Shown here: positions 20,570 through 27,864 of the stretch, piece by piece
Layout of the letters: the number at the start of each line of letters is the position of its first letter
Numbering within the stretch: the first letter of the stretch is position 1
Assembly: GCA_003166335.1 (NCBI GenBank)
Contig: PMWA01000031.1
Coordinates: 1-27,864 of the forward strand
DNA length: 27,864 nucleotides
Direction of reading: 5' to 3'
Source: Methanobacterium sp.
GTDB lineage: Archaea; Methanobacteriota; Methanobacteria; Methanobacteriales; Methanobacteriaceae
Made by a program: the position numbers and the translations under genes
Notes under the pieces: model-generated
The model's input: the letters and a program-made list of their open reading frames with translations, nothing else
What the model was told of the DNA's origin: nothing
The model's database searches: none

Positions 20570-20705
20570 TATACATTTTTTATGTTAAAAATCCTCAAAC
20601 TATTGCATAGCTTCAAAAACTAATGGAAAATGAGCGAAAATAATCACTTGCATACTCATTCAAGTTCCCAAAAAAAACTAAATCTTAATTAATTATTTAA
20701 TTAAT

Positions 20706-21866
20706 TTAATTCAGTGCACTTATTCTTCTTAAGTTCACTATTATGTCTACTACAGCATCCACCACTCTGTCAACATCTTTCATAGTATTAAATCGACTAA
20801 AAGTAAAACGCACGGATCCATGAGCTCTTTCATGTTCTCCCCCGATCCCCAGTATAACATGACTAGCTTCTAATGTACGGCTAAAACAGGCTGAGCCGGT
20901 GTTCACCGCAAAACCACGCATATCCAGATGAAGAGTGATGGATTCACCTTCTACTCGTTCAAAGGTTATATTAGCATTTTGAGGTATTCGCTTTGTAGGA
21001 TGTCCATTTAAAACAGTTTGAGGTATTTCAGATAGAATTCGCTCCATCAAACGGTCACGCATTTTCTGAAGATATTTGTTTTCATCATCAGTCACCAGTT
21101 GAACTGCCTTCGCAAATCCAACAGCACCCGAAACATTTTCCAACCCTGCACGACGATCAGATTCCTGATATCCACCGTCCATCCATTTCCGTATTTGAGT
21201 ACCTTTGCGAATGAAAAGACCGCCGATGCCATTAGGGCCATGTATGGTATGAGCTGAGAATGAAATCAGATCTACAGGTACTTTCTGCACATCCAGAGGT
21301 ATCCTAGTAAAAGTATGAGTTGCATCAATATGGAAGAGCACATTTTTCTTTTGACAAACTCTTCCAATGGCTTCAATGTCTTGAATGGTACCAATTTCTT
21401 GATTAGCATGTTGCACGGAAACTAAAATAGTTTCATCAGTAATGGTATCTTTGAGTAGGGCGGGATCCACCAGGCCATCACCGTCAACATCTAGATATGT
21501 GACTTTAAAACCTTGCTTCTCTAGTGCTTTAGCTGTGTTAAGAACAGAGAAGTCTTCGATTTTAGATACAATTATGTGATTCCCTTTTCTGATTTTAGCC
21601 ATAGCCACCCCTTTCAAGGCCATATTACTGGATTCTGTAAACCCTGAGGTGAAAATAAATTCAGATGCCGAAGCTCCTAAATGATTTGTTATGATTTCTC
21701 TGCTTTTTTCCAGGGCTTCACGAGCTTCTATACCCATGGAATAACCGGATTCAGATGTGGGAATGGCGTAAATATCAAAAAAGTAGGGTTTCATTTCATC
21801 AAAAACGCGCTCATCCAAACGGGTGATAGATGCATTATCTAAATAAGTGTATTCATTATCAAACAT
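20706..21866 (-). CDS. IscS-like paralogue lacking PLP-binding residues but retaining the persulfide Cys
   Basis: Full-length colinear similarity to iscS (16088-17251), but with SAHT207IHGP, IED105, DATH184 and AGLEN. TGSAC327FS is retained. Confidence 0.9.
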   Translation of the reverse strand: MFDNEYTYLDNASITRLDERVFDEMKPYFFDIYAIPTSESGYSMGIEAREALEKSREIITNHLGASASEFIFTSGFTESSNMALKGVAMAKIRKGNHIIVSKIEDFSVLNTAKALEKQGFKVTYLDVDGDGLVDPALLKDTITDETILVSVQHANQEIGTIQDIEAIGRVCQKKNVLFHIDATHTFTRIPLDVQKVPVDLISFSAHTIHGPNGIGGLFIRKGTQIRKWMDGGYQESDRRAGLENVSGAVGFAKAVQLVTDDENKYLQKMRDRLMERILSEIPQTVLNGHPTKRIPQNANITFERVEGESITLHLDMRGFAVNTGSACFSRTLEASHVILGIGGEHERAHGSVRFTFSRFNTMKDVDRVVDAVVDIIVNLRRISALN

Positions 21867-21874
21867 GATTTCAC

Positions 21875-22294
<420 letters not shown>

Positions 22295-22303
22295 TTTTTT
22301 CAC

Positions 22304-22531
22304 CTATTTTCGGATTTTAATTTTCCATACTCCTTCTTTCTCTTGGATGTCTATTACCTCTAAACCCATATCTTCAGCTGCCATCGGTATCTCTTTTTTG
22401 GAAGCAGGATGATTACCGGTAATTTCCACAATATCTCCTTTTGACGCTTTATTTAATGCTTTCCGGAATTCAACTAACGGTCCTGGACATGTTTGACCAG
22501 TTACATCAACTTTTATTTCTTTTTCAGCCAT
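22304..22531 (-). CDS. tusA: TusA/SirA-family sulfurtransferase
   Basis: 75 aa with DVTGQTCPGP (CPxP) motif. GGTGA RBS. Confidence 0.9.
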   Translation of the reverse strand: MAEKEIKVDVTGQTCPGPLVEFRKALNKASKGDIVEITGNHPASKKEIPMAAEDMGLEVIDIQEKEGVWKIKIRK

Positions 22532-22697
22532 TTAAATCACCCAATTCCTTTTTTTATTTAATAATTTTTAAAAAAGATTAGAATAAATTAGATAAATTCA
22601 AAAATAACATATAATATTTATATTACCTAATGAAGATAAATTTTTTTATATATTGAATTATTAAGTTAAGACTAATTTTTTTATTGCAGAATATACT

Positions 22698-22717
22698 AAT
22701 ATAACAATTGTTATATT
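22698..22717. promoter_or_regulatory. Palindromic sulfur-gene operator, copy 4 (upstream of tusA-dsrE-iscS-like)
   Basis: Perfect 20-bp palindrome AATATAACAATTGTTATATT, identical to copy 3. Confidence 0.8.
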
Positions 22718-22719
22718 TC

Positions 22720-22734
22720 CTTATAAAGATTTGC
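22720..22734 (-). promoter_or_regulatory. Putative BRE-TATA promoter for the tusA operon
   Basis: Minus strand reads GCAAATC-TTTATAAG, abutting operator copy 4. Confidence 0.55.
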
Positions 22735-23100
22735 ATCTCTTATAAAAACTTATAAAAAATATTTCACATTACAAATCAAAATATATTAAAAATGAGATTA
22801 ACTTATAAATATCCGTATATATGGTTGATTTCCCATTAAGACATACCAATCTGAATTGGCGTTAAATATAGCCACGTAAATATAACCACTAAAACTATTA
22901 AACATATTTACTCAAATAATAATTAATCTTAGTGTTCTATAAAAAATATTATTTTTAATTTAAAATTAACACATAGAACTTAAATCTTTAATCCTCATAT
23001 TCTTAAAAAAATAAGAATGAAAAAATTTTATAGATATTATTCTACATATTTTATCAGGATTCTTATATTCATTAATAATCTCCTTAATGAAATTAGATTA

Positions 23101-25542
23101 TTAAGTTATTCCTAGCTTTACCCGTTTTGCAGGAGGTACATATCCTTTTAAAAGTAATGAAAGGCTTAAAACTGATACAGAACTCAATGCCATCGCCAAA
23201 CCAGCAAATTCCGGTCTAAATATAATGCCAAAAAATGGATACAATACTCCAGCTGCAACAGGAATGAGCACCACATTATAAGCGAAAGCCCAGAATAAAT
23301 TCTGCTTTATCCTAGACATTACTTTTCTACTTAACTGCACACCAGCAAGAGCATCCATTATGTCATCTTTTATAAGAACAATTTCACCACTTTCTATAGC
23401 AACATCAGTACCGCTTCCAATAGCAAGACCTACATCCGACTGTGCAAGAGCTGGTGCATCATTAATACCATCACCCACAAATGCCACAACTTCTCCAGTG
23501 TCCTGAAGCCTTTTAACTTCCTCTGATTTCTCTTGGGGCAGTACTTCCGCAATCACATCATGAATTCCCAATTCTTTGGCAATAGCATTAGCTGTTTTTT
23601 CATTATCACCAGTGATCATAACCACTTTAAGATTCATCTTTTTAAGACCCTCAATAGCATCCTTAGCAGTTTCTTTTAATGTATCTGCTATAGCAATGAT
23701 TCCAGATAATTCATTATTAACTCCAATCAAAATTGCTGTTTTTCTTTTATTTTCAAATTTATATAATTGATCTTCAACATTGTCTGATATTATAATATTT
23801 CTATCTCTAAACAGTGCTCTATTTCCAATAATTACTTCGTTTCCATCAACTATTGCTTTTACTCCTTTTCCACCAAAAGTATCAAAATTCTGGCTTTCTA
23901 ATATTTCAATATTTTCTGATTGGGTTTTTTTTACTACTGCTTTTGCAAGTGGATGTTGTGAATTTTTCTCTACACTCGCCGCTATTTTTAATAAACTATT
24001 ACCATCTATTCCAATGGCCTCTATATCAGTAACTTCAGGTTTACCTTTAGTAAGAGTTCCTGTTTTATCAAATACCATTGTAGTAAGCCTTTCAGATATT
24101 TCCAAGGCTTCACCATTCTTAACCAGAATACCAAACTCTGCTCCCCGCCCAATACCAACAGTAACCGCTGTAGGTGTTGCTAAACCCAAAGCACAGGGAC
24201 ATGCCACAACTAAAATTGATATAAAAACTGTAAGAGCGAAAAGTAAAGTGCTTCCCGAGATTAAATACCAGAAAATGAAAGCCACAATAGCAATGGTTAA
24301 AATAGTGGGAATGAAATAACTCACAGCCCTATCAGCTAACCTTTGAACTGGTGGTTTTGAACCTTGAGCATCTTCAACTAATTTAATAATCTGTGAAAGC
24401 ATAGTGTCCTTACCTATTTTCATAGCTTCAAATCTTATCACTCCATTTTGATTGATAGTTCCACCAACAACCGATTTTCCAGCATCTTTAAGGACAGGAA
24501 TCGGTTCTCCCGTGACGGTGGATTCATCCACATAACTTTCACCACTTACAACATCCCCATCTAAAGGAATCTTTTCACCAGGCTTAACCACAACTATATC
24601 GTCAATTTGAACATCTTCAATGGGTATTTCCATCTCTTCATTATTACGTAATACAGTAGCTGTTTTAGCCTGCAATTCCATTAAACTTTTTATTGCTGTT
24701 GATGTCCTTCCCTTAGCTCTTGTCTCTAAATATCTTCCTAACGTCAGAAAAGCAGCAAGTATAAGTGCAGTTCCATAAAATAAAAATTGTGGAGTCAATA
24801 CAATACTAAAAGTACCTAAAACACTTGCCACGTACGCAACACCTATACCCATAGAATACATAACATCCATATCTAGATTTTTATGTCTAAGAGAACGGAA
24901 ACCAGCACTGAATATAGGGTAACTTACATAGGCGAATGGAATAATGGATACTATAAATATGAAAAGAGAAATAGGAATCGGAAGATGGAAGCTAACATAG
25001 GATAAGGCTTCAAGTGGAATTCCAAAACCGAAACCCACAATCATTCGATTTCTTTTAGTTTTAAGGTCTTTAACTCTCAGTTCTTCTTCAAGATCTTCTG
25101 TTACTTCACCTTCTACTCCTAAATATTGATAGCCCAGATCTTCAATGGCGTCTTTCATCTCTATTATGCTGGTCATCTGTTGATTATAAGTGATATAGGC
25201 TTTCTCGGCAGTGAGGTTAACTGTTACTTTGCTAATTCCATCCAGTTTTCCCAGCGCATCTTCTATGGCTTTTACACACATGACACAGCTCATTCCTCCT
25301 ATTTTTAGGATTACTTTCTCATTCAATACATTGAAACCAGCGCCTTCTACGGCTTTTTCCAGTTCAGGGAGCTTCAGTTTTTCAGGATCGTATTTTACCG
25401 TTGCTTTTTCCGTTCCAATATTCACATGGGCTTCTTCAACACCTTCAAGATTTTTTAAGTATTTTTCAACGTTTAAGGCACAAGAAGCACAACTCATCCC
25501 TGAAACTTTGATTTCTGCCTTTTTTTTAGATTCTTCCACCAT
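23101..25542 (-). CDS. copA: P1B-1 Cu(I)-exporting ATPase with two N-terminal HMA domains
   Basis: [46 protein letters not shown] and MALSS. Confidence 0.95.
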   Translation of the reverse strand: MVEESKKKAEIKVSGMSCASCALNVEKYLKNLEGVEEAHVNIGTEKATVKYDPEKLKLPELEKAVEGAGFNVLNEKVILKIGGMSCVMCVKAIEDALGKLDGISKVTVNLTAEKAYITYNQQMTSIIEMKDAIEDLGYQYLGVEGEVTEDLEEELRVKDLKTKRNRMIVGFGFGIPLEALSYVSFHLPIPISLFIFIVSIIPFAYVSYPIFSAGFRSLRHKNLDMDVMYSMGIGVAYVASVLGTFSIVLTPQFLFYGTALILAAFLTLGRYLETRAKGRTSTAIKSLMELQAKTATVLRNNEEMEIPIEDVQIDDIVVVKPGEKIPLDGDVVSGESYVDESTVTGEPIPVLKDAGKSVVGGTINQNGVIRFEAMKIGKDTMLSQIIKLVEDAQGSKPPVQRLADRAVSYFIPTILTIAIVAFIFWYLISGSTLLFALTVFISILVVACPCALGLATPTAVTVGIGRGAEFGILVKNGEALEISERLTTMVFDKTGTLTKGKPEVTDIEAIGIDGNSLLKIAASVEKNSQHPLAKAVVKKTQSENIEILESQNFDTFGGKGVKAIVDGNEVIIGNRALFRDRNIIISDNVEDQLYKFENKRKTAILIGVNNELSGIIAIADTLKETAKDAIEGLKKMNLKVVMITGDNEKTANAIAKELGIHDVIAEVLPQEKSEEVKRLQDTGEVVAFVGDGINDAPALAQSDVGLAIGSGTDVAIESGEIVLIKDDIMDALAGVQLSRKVMSRIKQNLFWAFAYNVVLIPVAAGVLYPFFGIIFRPEFAGLAMALSSVSVLSLSLLLKGYVPPAKRVKLGIT

Positions 25543-25714
25543 TTATATTCCTTCTTTTTATATGAGGTCAGATTTTAATATTTATTAGATGATTACTATA
25601 ATTTTGATTCTGTATCCATTGCTTTACACAATAAATAATTGATTTTTATGTGAAATCTAATTTGCTGTTTATATATATTAAAACCGAACTAATAATATTT
25701 AAATTAAGTATAGA

Positions 25715-25730
25715 CGAAAACGTTATATAC
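25715..25730 (+). promoter_or_regulatory. BRE-TATA promoter of the HxlR gene
   Basis: CGAAAACG-TTATATAC about 50 nt upstream of the start codon. Confidence 0.6.
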
Positions 25731-25739
25731 TATTCAACT

Positions 25740-25764
25740 GTATACTGACCATCATAAAGTATAC
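25740..25764. promoter_or_regulatory. Inverted repeat, probable HxlR autoregulatory operator
   Basis: GTATACT-N11-AGTATAC straddling the expected transcription start. Confidence 0.6.
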
Positions 25765-25778
25765 CAGGTTGTGATTAT

Positions 25779-26123
25779 ATGGTTAATAAAATGAAGGAAT
25801 ATTGTTGTCCAGTAGGAGCGGCAATAGATGAAATAGGTGGAAAATGGAAGCCACTTATTTTGTGGGCATTGAAAGATGGTAAATTACGATTTAATGAAAT
25901 TAATAAAGCTATACCAGCTATAACTCAACGTATGCTTACGAAACAGTTACGTGAATTAGAAAAAGATGGTTTAGTTAATAGGAAAGTATATGCTGAGGTA
26001 CCTCCCAAAGTGGAATATAATCTTACCAAAAAAGGTGATTCAGTTATGCCCATTTTAGAATTACTTTGTAATTGGGGAGAAGAATACTGTAAACATAAAA
26101 TTATTTTAAACGAATTACACTAA
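25779..26123 (+). CDS. HxlR (MarR/DUF24) family winged-helix regulator
   Basis: CCPV...[21 protein letters not shown] and [14 protein letters not shown]. Confidence 0.93.
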   Translation: MVNKMKEYCCPVGAAIDEIGGKWKPLILWALKDGKLRFNEINKAIPAITQRMLTKQLRELEKDGLVNRKVYAEVPPKVEYNLTKKGDSVMPILELLCNWGEEYCKHKIILNELH

Positions 26124-26204
26124 AATTCTTATTTATATAAACTAATTAATAAAAAATATTTATAATTAATAAATTAATATTTTTTATTCATAGTTGGGCT
26201 ATAA

Positions 26205-26732
26205 ATGATTGTTATAAGAAAAGATAAAGATGATATAGGGAAAGACGGAAAAAAGACGTCTTTTTTACCACTACTGTTTACCGTAATAATTTTTTTATTA
26301 TTATTCCTAGTGATTCCTATAGGCTTAGTCTTATTACTTCACTTACCATGGTATTTATTATTTATTTATCCTTTGGGAATTGTTATCGGGGCTATTTTAA
26401 TTATTGTTGGTGTTGTAATTATATATCTTGGTATTAAAGGTCTTAGATTGAGATATTCTCGTGATTCATATGATAAAATAAAGGAAGGATTAGTAACTAC
26501 TGGAATTTATGCTTACACTAGAAATCCTATGTACTTTGGTGCGATAATCATGATTTTGGGATGGTTCCTAGTCTTTCCATTCACTTTCATTTTAATTAGC
26601 ACCTTCCTATTTTTAGTTTTATTTTATATCACGGCAAGATCTGAAGAGAAACAGTTACAGGAAAAATATGGTAGAAAATTTTTGGAATATAAGCGTAAAG
26701 TACCTTTATTCATACCATATCCAAAATTCTGA
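26205..26732 (+). CDS. Isoprenylcysteine carboxyl methyltransferase/PEMT-family membrane protein
   Basis: Hydrophobic helices. LVTTGIYAYTRNPMYFG and EEKQL...Y...VPLFIP. Confidence 0.88.
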   Translation: MIVIRKDKDDIGKDGKKTSFLPLLFTVIIFLLLFLVIPIGLVLLLHLPWYLLFIYPLGIVIGAILIIVGVVIIYLGIKGLRLRYSRDSYDKIKEGLVTTGIYAYTRNPMYFGAIIMILGWFLVFPFTFILISTFLFLVLFYITARSEEKQLQEKYGRKFLEYKRKVPLFIPYPKF

Positions 26733-26820
26733 AAAATAAATCAAAAAATAATGATTAATTGTGTAAATTTAAACGATTTATTCTTAAAAATTGAATTAAT
26801 TTAGAAAAATTTAACCTTAG

Positions 26821-27040
26821 TTAATTAACGGAGCAATCTTAGCTGCCATAGTGGGTTTTGTAAGCATTATAATACTATTAACCAAGTGTACACGAATGGA
26901 TTGCTATCAACATATACAACTTCTGGTTTAATCGAATCACTGTTGATACTCCAAGTTTATAATATTATAGCGGCTTTAGTTGGTGTAGTGATTGGAAACG
27001 TAGCCGGGTAGAATACTTAAAATCTATAAATCTTGATTAG
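26821..27040 (+). pseudogene. 5'-truncated, frameshifted remnant of a small membrane-protein gene
   Basis: LINGAILAAIVGFVSIIILL (26821-26880) continues after a frameshift as QVYTNGLLSTYTTSGLIESLLILQVYNIIAALVGVVIGNVAG (26883-27008). No start codon; in-frame TAG at 26818. Confidence 0.5.
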
Positions 27041-27267
27041 TAACTATGATACGATTAAACATGTAGAATAATCAAATAAGTTGTACTGCTTTGAGTAAGG
27101 TATTATATTTTGGTTATTCATTCAATTAATGCATAATCCAAATATTTTTTTATGAATTTTTCAGAATTTTCTTAAAATTTGGAATAAAATTTGAGGGTCT
27201 GAAAAAATTTTATAAAAGTAATATGAGTAAAATAATGATAATTTTTAACTTATTTTAAATAAATAAT

Positions 27268-27282
27268 CGAAAGATTTATAAA
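27268..27282 (+). promoter_or_regulatory. BRE-TATA promoter of cysK
   Basis: CGAAAGA-TTTATAAA, a canonical methanogen promoter, about 85 nt upstream of the ATG. Confidence 0.7.
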
Positions 27283-27290
27283 TGATTTTG

Positions 27291-27326
27291 ATATAACGAT
27301 TGTTATATATATAACGATAGTTATAT
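27291..27326. promoter_or_regulatory. Tandem palindromic sulfur-gene operators, copies 5 and 6
   Basis: ATATAACGATTGTTATAT (27291-27308) directly followed by ATATAACGATAGTTATAT (27309-27326). Confidence 0.8.
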
Positions 27327-27364
27327 ATTAATATGTTAAATTATAAAAAAATTGGTGAGAAAAT

Positions 27365-27864
27365 ATGGTTAAAATACCTGAATTAACAAGAGGAATCGCT
27401 AAAGATTCAACGGAATTGATTGGAAATACTCCTTTAGTAAGATTAAACAGAATAGCAGAGGGAGTAAATGCAGATATTATAGCAAAACTAGAATCCTTCA
27501 ATCCTTTAGGAAGTGTAAAAGACAGGATAGGAGTTTCTTTAATTGAAGCTGGAGAAGAAGCCGGAGTCATAAATGAAAATTCGGTTTTAATTGAACCTAC
27601 CAGTGGGAATACTGGAATTGCCCTTGCATTCGTGGCAGCAGCTAAAGGTTACAAATTAATACTGACTATGCCTGACACCATGTCTATTGAGAGAAGAAAG
27701 CTTTTAGCAACCTTTGGCGCGGAAATAATATTAACACCCGGTGCAAACGGCATGCCCGGTGCAATAGCAAAGGCAGAAGAGCTAGCTAAAGAAATACCAA
27801 ATGCAGTACTACCGCAGCAATTTAAAAACCCTGCAAACCCAAAAATACACAGAGAAACCACTGC
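27365..27864 (+). CDS. cysK: Cysteine synthase A (O-acetylserine sulfhydrylase), 3'-truncated by the window edge; absent from the supplied ORF track
   Basis: Manual translation gives [28 protein letters not shown]...[16 protein letters not shown]...[12 protein letters not shown]...[25 protein letters not shown] at 27354-27359. Confidence 0.96.
   Translation, partial: MVKIPELTRGIAKDSTELIGNTPLVRLNRIAEGVNADIIAKLESFNPLGSVKDRIGVSLIEAGEEAGVINENSVLIEPTSGNTGIALAFVAAAKGYKLILTMPDTMSIERRKLLATFGAEIILTPGANGMPGAIAKAEELAKEIPNAVLPQQFKNPANPKIHRETT

Noticed and set aside
20625..20668. Imperfect stem-loop GGAA-AATGAG...CTCATT-caag-TTCC downstream of the IscS-like gene
   Set aside because: The stems are short and interrupted with no recognisable ncRNA or riboswitch features. 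At most it is terminator-associated.
20706..21866. Calling the IscS-like gene a pseudogene
   Set aside because: It is a full-length ORF with an RBS, tight operon spacing and a perfect operator. Its substitutions concentrate on PLP contacts while the Cys loop is kept.
27299..27318. Resemblance of TATATAACGAT half-sites to a ModE box
   Set aside because: ModE half-sites are separated by a spacer, which is absent here. The other four loci have the opposite half-site order, and the downstream gene is not Mo-related.

Overview
AT-rich archaeal DNA, most likely from a Methanobacteriaceae methanogen (Methanobacterium-like). This assignment is inferred from the ehaP-T gene order, GGAG/GGTGA ribosome-binding sites and BRE-TATA promoters. 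1-6759 holds the distal end of the energy-converting hydrogenase A (eha) operon, followed by a polyferredoxin and a CBS protein. 6.9-27.9 kb is a sulfur, Fe-S and thio-cofactor region. It encodes a cystathionine gamma-synthase/lyase-family enzyme with an atypical CX8CX2C radical SAM enzyme, thiI, a Cys-type thi4, MOSC, pdxS, iscS-iscU, metY-metX(CBS) and a tusA-dsrE-iscS-like operon. It ends with copA, an HxlR regulator, a membrane methyltransferase, a gene remnant and cysK, which runs off the window. Three observations stand out. (1) A palindromic operator, ATAACnATwGTTA (best copies AATATAACAATTGTTATATT), occurs six times, always just downstream of a TATA-like box in front of sulfur genes, suggesting a sulfur regulon I do not recognise. 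(2) A second IscS paralogue has lost the PLP-binding Lys/His/Gln/Thr but keeps the persulfide Cys, and sits in an operon with TusA and DsrE carriers. (3) The lyase plus radical SAM two-gene unit lies under the same operator. All functional calls come from motif recognition by eye; no searches were run.
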